A model generated the notes under the pieces. The model had not been told where the DNA came from. It searched no databases and worked only from the letters and a program-made list of their open reading frames with translations. From Promethearchaeota archaeon (lineage in GTDB: Archaea > Asgardarchaeota > Lokiarchaeia > Sigyniarchaeales > SOKP01), in NCBI GenBank assembly GCA_048937405.1, contig JBHLNF010000001.1, forward strand, positions 256,001-320,000: a stretch of DNA of 64,000 nucleotides. Direction: 5' to 3'. Positions 1 through 10,520 of the stretch are shown here, one piece after another; within the stretch, counting starts at the first letter, position 1; the number at the start of each line of letters is the position of its first letter. Made by a program: the position numbers and the translations under genes.

Positions 1-71
1 CCATAGAAGAAAAAACAGCCCCTGGACAATTAAATATTGATATAATCCGAGAGATTTATAATCTATTCTAA
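1..71 (+). CDS. aroD: 3' end of probable type I 3-dehydroquinate dehydratase (partial)
   Basis: Manual translation from base 3 gives IEEKTAPGQLNIDIIREIYNLF*. The APGQ motif is typical of the AroD C-terminus, and other shikimate genes occur in the window. Confidence 0.6.
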   Translation, partial: IEEKTAPGQLNIDIIREIYNLF

Positions 72-84
72 ATAAAAAAATACT

Positions 85-3000
85 TTAATTTTTAACAACT
101 GGAAGAGAAAAATAGAAAGTAGAACCTTTATTTCTTCCTTCTGATTCAACCCAAATTTCTCCACCATGTAGATCGATCACTTTTTTAGTAATATATAAAC
201 CTAAGCCAGAACCTTCCGTAATTATGTCAAATCCCTGACCGAAATGTTCGATTTTTCCAAATTGAGAAAAAAGTCTTTCTTTCTCTTTCTCGATGATCCC
301 AATTCCATTATCATGTACAGCGATTGTTACAAAATCATCATTAACTTCAGAGCTAATCTCTATTGTTCCATTGAGTGGGGTATATTTAATTGCATTAGTT
401 ATGAGATTATTAATTACATGGCGAATCTGATCTCTATCAAAATTAATATTAATATTACTATGTATGTTTAATATAATTGAATGTCCCCTTAACGCAGCAA
501 AACTATTTAACTCTTTTACACTTAACTCAATTAAGGAGGATAAATTATTTTCAATTATATTTAATTCACTCCCACCAGAATCTAATTCCGCTTTATGCAA
601 TATATCATATATAAGCGTCTCTAGACGTAAAACTCCTTTCTTTATATGTCTAATTATATTTAATTCTTCTTTATTAAAGTTATCTTTATACGTGTGTAGT
701 AACAAATCAATATACCCTTTAATATGCATAGCTGGAGTTTTTAACTCATGAGATGTTCTTGTTAGTAGCTCAGATTTTATTTTACTCAACTTATTTAATT
801 CTTCTCTTGCTTGTTTCCGTTCTGTAATATCTTGAATAATTGCTTGTATATACGTATCCTTACCTAATTGAATGAAATCGATATATGTACGTGCCCAAAA
901 TTGACTGTTATCCTTTTTCTTTAATAATATTTCTCTAGATGCCGGAACAATACCTGTATTTATAGCTCTTTGACGTTGTTCTACCATTGCAGCTTGTATA
1001 TCTTCATAAAAATCAAACTCTTTAAAATTTCTTCCTAACATTTCAGATTTTTTATATCCAGAAATTTTGGAAGCTTCTTCATTACAATCTAAGATATCTC
1101 CTTCTATATTAAAGACCATTATGGCAAATGGAGCATTGTCAAATAAGTTTCGATATTTTTCTTCGGATTCTTTTAATTTTTTTTCTATTATCTTTCTCTC
1201 CGTAATATCGACAATTAAACCCTGAACACATTCCATCTTTTTATTTGGATCGAATACTTTTTGGGAATTTTCTAATACCCATCGTATATCACCATCTTTT
1301 CGGATAATCCGATATTCTCGAGTATCTGATTGTCTGTTAGATGAATGAAATTCTTTTATTTTTTCATTTATTCCTTGGATATCATCTGGATGGATAATTT
1401 GATTCCATTTAATTTTCTCTAAAATAAAATCATTAGGTTGATATCCCGTAATTTCTTCTATAGCACCATGGAAAAAATCAATAGAGAAATCAATATACCC
1501 TCGGAAAGCAATCCCCTGAAAATTATGAACAAAATTCCTATATCGCTCTTCTGAACTTATTAATCTTTGCTCGGCTTTTTTTCGTTGTGTAATATCAATA
1601 GCAGAGATCAAAGCAGCTCTATTTCCCTTATATTCAAGTAGTACCATGTTCCCATTAATCCACTTCTCAATACCACTTTTAGTAATGATTTTAATTTCAT
1701 TTACTAATTTAATGGGTTCATTTCTTTCTAATGCTACTCCTATACTAATGACAAAATTTCTATAATCAGGGTGGACAAAATCCCAAAATTTCATTGCATA
1801 AATCTCGTCAAGTGAGTATTCAGTTAAATTTAAAACCGCAGGATTTGCATAAATACATTCATAATTTTGGTATAAAAATGTTGCAACTGGTGTTGACTCT
1901 ACAAATGATTGGAACATATCTTCAGTTTCCTTTAATTTCTGTTCTGCTTCCATTTGTATTGTAAGATCTCGAACGACGTTTATCCATCCTATGCGTTTAC
2001 CCTGTTCATTCTCCAATAAAAGAACACTATGTTCAGAAGGAAAAACTGATCCGTCCTTTCTCTTCATCTTATATTTATAGTTCGTAAAAACCTCTCCACG
2101 TTTAATTTTAGGATATAATTCTTGTTGAAATTCTTTTAATGATTTTTTGTTGACATGTAAAAAACTCATCGGTTTTTTTAACATTTCTTCAGCTGAATAA
2201 CCGAATATCTTCTCTGCGGTTGAATTATATCTTAAAATTGTAGGTGGATTCTCAGTATTTAAAATGAAAACAGCATCATTTAATGCATTAAAAGTATTTT
2301 CTAATAATTGTTGACTTTCTCTTGCTGATTTGATTGCTAGTTTACGTGCTGATATATCATAAAAAATACCTAATTTTGAGATAGTCCCATCCAGATTATG
2401 TAATGGTGTAGAAATGATTTCATATACTTTATTTACCTTGGAGGAATAAAATTCTTGGCTTATTGCTTTCCCATTAAAAATTAATTTATTTTTACATTCA
2501 GGACAAGGATTAGATCGATTAAAAAAATACTCAAAACATTTTTTCCCATGAAGTGCTCCTAATTCTCTTTTTAGCATGTTATTAATGAATATAACATCAT
2601 ATTGAGGATTTACTATATAAATACCACTGCCAAGAGCATTTAAAACATTAAATAAATTTTTTTTTTCTTCTTTTAGTTTTATTTTAGTATCTCTTAATTT
2701 TTGTTCTGTGATCCTCCCTACCGAAATATCTTGAAAATAGATCAAATATTTGAAAATAGAATTATTCTCTTCATTTGATAAAAGTGTAATTAACATATTA
2801 ATGTATAATTTTCCTGATTTTGTAGTTTCAAAAATTTTTTGTTCTTTAATCAAATCAAAATTAAATAATACTTCATGACTAACTGTGGTTCTGTTTTTTA
2901 ATAGGTTTAGCTTTTCCTTAGGTATATTTAGGCTATTTAAAAGATTAAATCCTATGATATCAGTCTTATTTGATACACCAAACAATTCCATACATGAATA

Positions 3001-3120
3001 GTTTAAATCAACCAATTTTCCCTCTGAATCAGTAATTCCAATCCCTATTGGCGAATCATTATAAATAGATTTAAACAGCCTTTCTATACAAATGGCTTGA
3101 TTTTCCTCCATTTCAATCAA
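85..3120 (-). CDS. Soluble multi-PAS sensor histidine kinase
   Basis: About six PAS/PAC repeats (DITERK-type ends), HisKA SHELKTP, and HATPase N/G boxes (NLITNAIKY, DNGIGI, GSGLGL). Confidence 0.95.
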   Translation of the reverse strand: MIEMEENQAICIERLFKSIYNDSPIGIGITDSEGKLVDLNYSCMELFGVSNKTDIIGFNLLNSLNIPKEKLNLLKNRTTVSHEVLFNFDLIKEQKIFETTKSGKLYINMLITLLSNEENNSIFKYLIYFQDISVGRITEQKLRDTKIKLKEEKKNLFNVLNALGSGIYIVNPQYDVIFINNMLKRELGALHGKKCFEYFFNRSNPCPECKNKLIFNGKAISQEFYSSKVNKVYEIISTPLHNLDGTISKLGIFYDISARKLAIKSARESQQLLENTFNALNDAVFILNTENPPTILRYNSTAEKIFGYSAEEMLKKPMSFLHVNKKSLKEFQQELYPKIKRGEVFTNYKYKMKRKDGSVFPSEHSVLLLENEQGKRIGWINVVRDLTIQMEAEQKLKETEDMFQSFVESTPVATFLYQNYECIYANPAVLNLTEYSLDEIYAMKFWDFVHPDYRNFVISIGVALERNEPIKLVNEIKIITKSGIEKWINGNMVLLEYKGNRAALISAIDITQRKKAEQRLISSEERYRNFVHNFQGIAFRGYIDFSIDFFHGAIEEITGYQPNDFILEKIKWNQIIHPDDIQGINEKIKEFHSSNRQSDTREYRIIRKDGDIRWVLENSQKVFDPNKKMECVQGLIVDITERKIIEKKLKESEEKYRNLFDNAPFAIMVFNIEGDILDCNEEASKISGYKKSEMLGRNFKEFDFYEDIQAAMVEQRQRAINTGIVPASREILLKKKDNSQFWARTYIDFIQLGKDTYIQAIIQDITERKQAREELNKLSKIKSELLTRTSHELKTPAMHIKGYIDLLLHTYKDNFNKEELNIIRHIKKGVLRLETLIYDILHKAELDSGGSELNIIENNLSSLIELSVKELNSFAALRGHSIILNIHSNININFDRDQIRHVINNLITNAIKYTPLNGTIEISSEVNDDFVTIAVHDNGIGIIEKEKERLFSQFGKIEHFGQGFDIITEGSGLGLYITKKVIDLHGGEIWVESEGRNKGSTFYFSLPVVKN

Positions 3121-3769
3121 ATTAAATACGCCCTTAAGTTTTTTTTAAAATTTTAATTGAGTAATATTTCTTATACCAATAAAACACAAAAAGAATAATA
3201 TTTAACACTTTGGTTTATGTTCTTCCTTTCTAAAACTAATTTAAAAATAACGTTAAAAATGTAAAAAAGAGAATTCAACTTCCAAACATTCAATTCATCT
3301 TGAAATATAATAAACTCTATCAAATATTACCCCATTAATATCACTTTCAATTTTTCATACTTTCAACATCAGATGTAAAGTTTAGCAAGCGGTACTATTT
3401 TGACGATAGTAAAAATATATTTTAGATTATTTAAACTAATTCTGGATCTACATTCGGTTTTAAAGTTATAATTTTAAAAATATTAGAAGTTAATTATGTA
3501 CCTTCCACTGGTGAGAATTATAAATAACAATTTAATTAAGGTCTTAATCTAAAATAATGGTATCTATTAATTTGTGGTAAAAAAAATATAGTGACATAAT
3601 TTTAAATATAACTTTTATCATTTATTTTGTTGTAAAAGAATTGAATAAAGTATAATTAACTTTTATTATTTATCAAGAATGGTAAAATATAGAACGCTTA
3701 ACTAATAAAATTTAGAAATCTTATAAATTCTTAACGATTTCAGAAAAATCTTAAAAAATATAAAAAGAA

Positions 3770-3979
3770 ATGAGGGTGCAATTCAAAAAAATGGTTAATT
3801 TCATAAAAATGTTTATAGATTTTGATAAAAATTATAAGAAGATCTATTTTAATTATTATATAGAGGATAATCACTTTGTTTTAAAAGTTCCATTGGAAAA
3901 ATTAAATGAATTAGATAAAGCCATACTAATTGAAGATTTCGATTTATCGAAATATACATATTTAATTGATGTAGAATAA
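3770..3979 (+). CDS. Small hypothetical protein
   Basis: 69-aa ORF in intergenic space; no motif recognised. Confidence 0.4.
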   Translation: MRVQFKKMVNFIKMFIDFDKNYKKIYFNYYIEDNHFVLKVPLEKLNELDKAILIEDFDLSKYTYLIDVE

Positions 3980-4274
3980 AATTACTGAAATAATTCCACG
4001 CGAATACAATTAAAAGATTTTAATTATATCTTATTAATTCTACAATATTTTATTTTAAAGAGTTAAAAATTCAAACCAAAATGGTTATTTTAGAGTTACT
4101 TTATAAATCTATTACCTCTATTTTTAATAAACACTTCAAAACTATCATGAAATAAATTTAAGAGATGTATGTGTCAATCTCAATTTTAAATGGGATAAAA
4201 TGAATTTAACAAAGAAAGGCCCAAAAAAATTTATCAGAAATAATATAAGGACAAAAATGGAATATTTGAAATCA

Positions 4275-4520
4275 TTAAGAACTTGTTTCACTTCTAATAT
4301 ATTTTATGAGTTTTTCTAAAATTTTTTTTCTGTCTCTTCTGCATTCAATGCAAATATAAAACTCTTTATTAAGTAAAGGAGGTGCATCAGCAAAATTTCC
4401 AATTGAAAAAGAACTTATCGAAGTACCAAATAATAGCTTGTAACTTCTAACGAGTATATTTTTTTTACCACAAATATCACATTCTCCTGACATATCGTAA
4501 TACATATTCATAAGTAACAA
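4275..4520 (-). CDS. Small zinc-binding protein
   Basis: CDIC...CIEC pair. The true start is probably one of the downstream ATGs. Confidence 0.6.
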   Translation of the reverse strand: MLLMNMYYDMSGECDICGKKNILVRSYKLLFGTSISSFSIGNFADAPPLLNKEFYICIECRRDRKKILEKLIKYIRSETSS

Positions 4521-4893
4521 GAGAATTCCTTCTAAAAGTATTATTGAAAATTACTATATTACGTCTGAGTGATACGTATAGTTAATTCCCAATCAGATAT
4601 CAAAATTTTTCAAATTAAAAATGAGAAATGAAATTGACCTAATCTCTTTTCTGGTTCAATAAATGAAATAAAATTTAGTTTCATCAGATTGATTTTCCGT
4701 TCTTTGAGAACATAAATCAATAAATTAAGATATTCAAATAAAAATGAGTTAATATTAAATTATAGTTAAAAAAGGTGGTAAGTCAACCTAAAAAATTAGA
4801 CTTACACTATTTGCTTATATAGTTATTAAGTTTCAATAATAATTATAGAATTAAAGGGGAAAAAATATAACTAATGATAAGAAATTATTTCAG

Positions 4894-5469
4894 TTGTTTT
4901 TAAAAATATCTTCAAAAAAGGGTTCAAAATACGCAAATGAAGTAAATAATAAACGTAAAAATGGAGAAATTATTGAAAAATTCGAAAATTCTTTAGATAT
5001 TTTATATTCTATGTTATTGAATATTGTTCAATTAAAATCAGGGGCGAGAATAGGAATGACAGTATCTCTTAATATAACTCGAGATACCTCCAGATTATTT
5101 ACTGATAGAATCAATAAATTACACAGTATTATTGATGAATATAAAGAAGTGTTAATTGAAAAAATTATTGAGAAAATTGGAAAGTTCTTTGATATTATTG
5201 CTCCAACAGGACTTTTAAATCCAGAAGATTTTTTAAAATCAGATATTGCTTTAAATATATTAAAAGAATTTATTAATAAATATAATAGAGCTTCGAGTTG
5301 TTTTACTCATATTCCTTTTAATATAAAAAAATTAACTGATCTCTTAATCTTTGAAGGTGATTTCAAGAATTCAGAGATAATAAAAGATCAGAAATTCTTT
5401 GAGGCATTCTTGAAATTGTTGATTTTAATTTCGAGACCTCGCAAAGGCGTCTATGATATCTTTTCCTAA
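4894..5469 (+). CDS. Hypothetical protein
   Basis: 191-aa ORF with genome-typical composition; no family recognised. Confidence 0.55.
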   Translation: MFLKISSKKGSKYANEVNNKRKNGEIIEKFENSLDILYSMLLNIVQLKSGARIGMTVSLNITRDTSRLFTDRINKLHSIIDEYKEVLIEKIIEKIGKFFDIIAPTGLLNPEDFLKSDIALNILKEFINKYNRASSCFTHIPFNIKKLTDLLIFEGDFKNSEIIKDQKFFEAFLKLLILISRPRKGVYDIFS

Positions 5470-5753
5470 GTTTTTTACTTTGTAAAGAAATTTAGTACAC
5501 TTCACAAAAATTTCTAGTAAAGAGAGGAAATTGTGTAATAAAATAGGTTTCCTTTAATCTAATCTTGAAGAGCACTATTTTATAAATTATAATTGAGAGA
5601 CATTAATATTTTAATCATTTGAATTGACTTTTTATTCTGAAATATTGAAGGGATATTTAATAGATTTTGAATACCCCTAGAATATTAACCAAACTTATAC
5701 AAATAGCTATTCCCTTAAGAATTATATTAATTAAAAATTAAAGGAGATTAAAC

Positions 5754-5912
5754 ATCAGTGAGAATGAAAAAAACACTTTATATGCACAAACCTCTCATGA
5801 TCCAGAACGACAACATTCACCCTTAGTATTATCACCCTTAATATTAGAATTCGTATTACAAAACTATGTCTGTGAAAGTTTTGTTAATTTTTCAGATTAT
5901 CTAAATAAGTAA
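5754..5912 (+). CDS. Possible 52-aa protein with ATC start (or start-mutated pseudogene)
   Basis: AAGGAG at 5741-5746 is followed by ATC AGT GAG AAT..., an open frame reading (M)SENEKNTLY...YLNK*. Not in the ORF track. Confidence 0.3.
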   Translation: MSENEKNTLYAQTSHDPERQHSPLVLSPLILEFVLQNYVCESFVNFSDYLNK

Positions 5913-6039
5913 AAAATAATAATAATTTCATTTCACTCCCAATAAGGTATCAAATTATTAAGTAATGACAGTAAAAAACATTATAATGTAACAATAATTT
6001 GAAATATTAATAGCTTGAATTATTTATACTACCAAGATT

Positions 6040-6411
6040 ATGCCCTGTATTCATGGATTAGATGAGAATAATTGCCCGATTTGCCTAGTTTTAAAATCCA
6101 CAATACCACTAAAGAGAATTAATATAAAAACACAATTATTTCCAACTATTCATAATACTCTTTATAGGAAAAAAAAAAATCTTGAAAAAAAAATAATAGA
6201 TGAAATAGACTTAAAAAAAAAAAACCCTTATCCTCCGAATCTTATATCAAAAACCCATTTTATCAATAACGTCCCTAATTTTAGAAATAAATTATTCATA
6301 GAAAGAACTGAAGAATTGGATATTTCTAAAGTAGATATTTATGGAATCAGCAAAATTCTTCCTCTTGAGAGACCTGAATGGAAATTTGAGAAAGAAGACG
6401 GAAATCTCTAA
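6040..6411 (+). CDS. Hypothetical protein with N-terminal CxH-x6-CxxC zinc motif
   Basis: N-terminus MPCIHGLDENNCPIC. Confidence 0.65.
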   Translation: MPCIHGLDENNCPICLVLKSTIPLKRINIKTQLFPTIHNTLYRKKKNLEKKIIDEIDLKKKNPYPPNLISKTHFINNVPNFRNKLFIERTEELDISKVDIYGISKILPLERPEWKFEKEDGNL

Positions 6412-6546
6412 TAATTTTTGTAGTTTCTTCTTATTTTATTGCAATTTATTCCACTATTTTAATAAAATAAAGAATCTAAATGACTAGATTAATAAACAAT
6501 AAGTAAAAAATACAATATTCAAAATCTAAGGCTTATTTTATATAAA

Positions 6547-8286
6547 TTATAGAAATCTCTCAAGACTATTAGATGGTTTATCCCTCAGAAATTTTTTTAT
6601 ATAAATATTGAAATCTTGTTCATTGAATTTGTAGTCAAAAGCAGTAGATAATTCTTGATTGTAGAGATTTAATATTGATTTAAATTTTAATTTAGAAAGT
6701 AGATTAACGAAATTTACTCTTTGCAAAATTCTCTTCGTAAATGGTCTCTTTGAATCTATAAAAGCAATAGAAAGTAAAAATTTCTTTATTTTTGTCGTAT
6801 TAAATATTAGCCAAGTAAAAAAAACATCATTAAGATTATCAAAACTTAATTGATAGCTTGTATCATCCAATATTATTGGCTTTTCGTCTATAGGTAAAAT
6901 CAAAGAAAAAATTGGATCTTTATAAAATCCTGCTATTCCAATTTTATATGGTTTAAATGTATAACCTCCTATTCCAAACATTGAAAATTTAGGTTTACCA
7001 TCGTAGATTTTAGATTTACGTGAATCTAATTCCTCTTCATATTTTTTCAAATATTCCCAAGTTCTAGGATATTTCGTTTCTATTAATCTTGTATCCTCAT
7101 TAAGATTTTTTTGAGTAATTATAATCTTTTTATTTGTATTATCTACAACTAAATCTCTTAACTCAGATCCTTTAACAAAGGGGTATAACAAATTATCTTC
7201 AATTATAACTTCCTTATTGTAACCATTCTGTAAAATATTCTCTCCTACCAAATCTAAAATGAAGATCTTATTCGCATCATGTTTAACGCCTTGTCTCCAT
7301 TCTAATGGAGATTTTCCATCGATATAATTATAATTTTTATAATCATCCAAATTTGATATAAAATTATTAATATACCATCCAAATGATTTAATTTTCTCAC
7401 TTGGTCTATAAATTGAATAAACCTCAGAATACTCTTCATGTTCCCCTCCAAAATTAGCAATAAATAAAGAAGCATCAGCAGAAACGTTAAATTCTTTTTT
7501 TGAATCAATTACCAAAGATTTCATTTTTGAAAGACTAAGTTCGAGGTTATGTATATCTCTTACAATATTCTTAGATACTACAGTCTTACATAATTGAGCA
7601 ATTATACCTGATCGAAAGGAGAACTGTTTAATAAGTGCTACAATAATATATTCAGCAATGTCAAAGTTTGAACTTCCTGTTATAGCTTCCAATCCATTAA
7701 TCTTCTTGATATTATATTTTTCAGGTAAATTCCATGAAGAAAGTTTCGATAATTCTGTATTTGTTATCCAAGGAGGATTACCGATAATTAAGAACTGTTT
7801 ATCACATTCCTTAAGGATTTCCAAAAAAGAAGTTGAGTATTTATGATCAAAAATGTTATCTCTATGGAATTCAATTGTGCAATTTATGTCATTTTCTAAG
7901 GAATAATTGTAAAGATTTAATTTAAAAAACCATTCATATTTAGGCTGAACATCTACACAATAAACATATTTTAAGGATGGAAAATATTTCAATGCTGAGA
8001 TAACAAAATTTCCCTCACCACAAGTCGGTTCCAATAAAATTTCCGGATTTATGTTATTATTTCGCAGATATTTACATATTTTATCACATAAAGCTATCGG
8101 TGTTTGGAAATCACCGTAATCTATGACTCTTGGTTTTTCTTTTGAAAATTCTTTAATAAATTTAGTGAAATTTTCTAGAGATTTCTGATTTTCAAAGAAA
8201 TTTAATATTCGTGTTTTATTTGTTAAGTAATTGTTCAAATCTTCAATTTCTTTATGTTTTCTAATTGTTGTGGTAATATCATTCAT
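6547..8286 (-). CDS. DNA amino-methyltransferase (m6A, gamma-type order)
   Basis: GDFQTP, motif I LEPTCGEGNF and motif IV IIGNPPW. Confidence 0.88.
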   Translation of the reverse strand: MNDITTTIRKHKEIEDLNNYLTNKTRILNFFENQKSLENFTKFIKEFSKEKPRVIDYGDFQTPIALCDKICKYLRNNNINPEILLEPTCGEGNFVISALKYFPSLKYVYCVDVQPKYEWFFKLNLYNYSLENDINCTIEFHRDNIFDHKYSTSFLEILKECDKQFLIIGNPPWITNTELSKLSSWNLPEKYNIKKINGLEAITGSSNFDIAEYIIVALIKQFSFRSGIIAQLCKTVVSKNIVRDIHNLELSLSKMKSLVIDSKKEFNVSADASLFIANFGGEHEEYSEVYSIYRPSEKIKSFGWYINNFISNLDDYKNYNYIDGKSPLEWRQGVKHDANKIFILDLVGENILQNGYNKEVIIEDNLLYPFVKGSELRDLVVDNTNKKIIITQKNLNEDTRLIETKYPRTWEYLKKYEEELDSRKSKIYDGKPKFSMFGIGGYTFKPYKIGIAGFYKDPIFSLILPIDEKPIILDDTSYQLSFDNLNDVFFTWLIFNTTKIKKFLLSIAFIDSKRPFTKRILQRVNFVNLLSKLKFKSILNLYNQELSTAFDYKFNEQDFNIYIKKFLRDKPSNSLERFL

Positions 8287-8358
8287 GAAGGTATTAACCT
8301 AAAATTTCAATTAAAATTTTGTTTTATTTATTTTATATATGATATTATACATAGGAAT

Positions 8359-9528
8359 ATGAAGATTCTTAATATCGTGTTTAAAATTATATGGTATACT
8401 TCAATAATATTAATTTTTATTGAATTGATAATTGGGGCAATTTCAATAAGTTTTATAATATTTAAAATACAAACCACTTTAATTTTTAGGTTAAATCCTA
8501 TCATAATTCCAATAATCTGTATTTTATTTTTATTTCTTATTTTTTTCTATCCAACATTCTATAAAAATAAAAAAAATCCAAAATTTACATTTATCTCTAG
8601 ATATGAGATGATTAAAGGTACTAATTTTTACTCTCAAATTGGAATAGATTTACTTTTCGGAAGTCTCTTTGTTTTTTTGATATTATTCACCCTTTATTCT
8701 TTGATCTTTTATGGTATTTTAGATTTTGAATTAGGAATCGTAAGATTTGCTGGTTTTTGGTCATTTGTTATTTTTTTTGACATAACAATAATTAGTATAA
8801 AGTATTACAAATTATATTTGAAATTTTTTAGTTCCTTTGTGTTATTTAGTTCGATATTTGCTATTATAGTAGTTCCAATGTTGATCTTTATCGGGATTCC
8901 ATTTGTTATTTTCTATTTTTATGATGTGTCTTGGTATTTTGCTGACCCTACAATTTTAGTAAACGATCTCATATTTTCACGTGTTACAAATTTAAGAACG
9001 ATCTGGCTAAGTGCTTATTTAGAATGCTCGTTTATTTACTCTGAAGCATTTTTAATAATTAAAGCGATTATATTTCTTACCGGATTGACTTTATTTACAA
9101 TTTCAATAGTCCAATTAATCTATTGGCTTAAAAAGGAAAAAAATTTAGTACAACAGGGTATTTATAAATATATTCGGCATCCACAAAATTTTGCAATAAT
9201 AATTATGACTTTTCCGCTTTTTATTTTATATGATGTCAGAATAGGAAACATTGTAACTTGGATACAATTCGTCTTTCTTATGATTCTCTACTCTGATTTT
9301 GGGGATCTTAGATTAAACAAGAAATATCCTGATGAATTTCAAAATTATTATTCAAATACAGGATTTTTCCTTCCAAAAGTTATTTCAATAAAGGCTCTAA
9401 AGCCCCTCTCTATCTTTAAAAATAAAAAATTACGATATATTATTCTAGTTCTCATTTATGTTTTCACAATTATCATTTTGTATGTATTTTACTTAATTTT
9501 TCCATTTAATATTGCTATTAGTTATTAA
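8359..9528 (+). CDS. Polytopic membrane protein with C-terminal isoprenylcysteine carboxyl methyltransferase (ICMT/PEMT)-like domain
   Basis: Many TM helices and LVQQGIYKYIRHPQ motif. Start moved to ATG 8359 to avoid overlap with the methyltransferase gene. Confidence 0.75.
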   Translation: MKILNIVFKIIWYTSIILIFIELIIGAISISFIIFKIQTTLIFRLNPIIIPIICILFLFLIFFYPTFYKNKKNPKFTFISRYEMIKGTNFYSQIGIDLLFGSLFVFLILFTLYSLIFYGILDFELGIVRFAGFWSFVIFFDITIISIKYYKLYLKFFSSFVLFSSIFAIIVVPMLIFIGIPFVIFYFYDVSWYFADPTILVNDLIFSRVTNLRTIWLSAYLECSFIYSEAFLIIKAIIFLTGLTLFTISIVQLIYWLKKEKNLVQQGIYKYIRHPQNFAIIIMTFPLFILYDVRIGNIVTWIQFVFLMILYSDFGDLRLNKKYPDEFQNYYSNTGFFLPKVISIKALKPLSIFKNKKLRYIILVLIYVFTIIILYVFYLIFPFNIAISY

Positions 9529-9575
9529 GAATAAAACTAAAAAGATTAAAAAAAGGAGATTTGTTAGTTAATTAT

Positions 9576-10235
9576 ATGGTAGTCTATTTTGCGTTTTTAT
9601 TTCATATTTATCAACCCCCTGTGCAAATCCCAATAGTCATAAAACAAATCGTAAATGAATCATATAAACCGATAATGGAGGCGTTAAGAGATCATCCAGA
9701 AGCAAAAATCACACTCACCATTAATGCCACTTTAACTGAGCAATTGCATGATTTTGGGTATGTTGATTTAATTGGATTGATAACTACCCTTGCCTCAAGG
9801 GGGCAAATTGAATTCACAGGCTCAGGAAAGTTTCACCCTCTCCTTCCATTAATTCCTGAACCCGAAATTCTAAGACAAATACAACTCAATAATGAAACAA
9901 ATGAGCATTTTTTTGGGAAATTGTATAAACCTCGAGGCTTTTTTCCTCCCGAGATGGCAGTCTCAGACGAAGTGTTTAAAAGTGTTAAGAAGACAGGATT
10001 TGATTGGATGATCATGAGCGGTATCGCGAATACGTTGCCAGAATTTCCTATCAATCATATCTCGGTACATCCGAATAGGTTGAGAGTTCTTTTTAGGGAC
10101 GATTACACATCAATTGATTGTGCCTTTGACAAGATCAATAATATTGATGCGTTTACAGGCAGGTTAAAATATACGAATACTCCAGACGACACATATGTTT
10201 TTTTGGCAATGGCCGGTGAAATTTTGTCTATTTAA
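9576..10235 (+). pseudogene. Internally deleted copy of the GH57 glycoside hydrolase gene
   Basis: Closely matches 13636-14838, including ~40 nt of upstream sequence, up to ...GE. The catalytic DGET reads AGEI, then jumps to ILSI*, resembling the intact gene's terminal ILSL*. Confidence 0.8.
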
Positions 10236-10384
10236 CCTCACCAGTGTTTATATCCACCATTCTTAATATTCCTAAATAAATACTTTCAATTCAATAATAA
10301 ATACTTTTTATAAACCAATTAATCAATGGAATTTTCAGATTTCCTAAAAGTATAAATATTCAACAAATGAATAATTATCTGGAT

Positions 10385-10520
10385 AAAAAAATTTCCAATT
10401 TACCTAAAAAAAATGATTAGTTCATGACTAAAAATTTCCAATTTACCTAAAAAAATGATTAGTTCATGACTAAAAATTTCCAATTTACATAAAAAAAATG
10501 ATTAGATCATGATTAAAAAT
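10385..10520 (+). repeat. Three tandem 42-43 bp repeats, the last overlapping the start codon of the FG-GAP gene
   Basis: Unit AAAAATTTCCAATTTACCTAAAAAAA(A)TGATTAGTTCATGACT, with ATGs at 10424, 10466 and 10509. Confidence 0.92.

Noticed and set aside
9561-10235. Independent functional 224-aa GH57 enzyme
   Set aside because: It lacks the acid/base Asp (DGET reads AGEI) and nearly all of the C-terminal half; treated as a deleted duplicate.
10385-10520. CRISPR array
   Set aside because: Units are contiguous tandem copies without unique spacers, and no cas genes are present.
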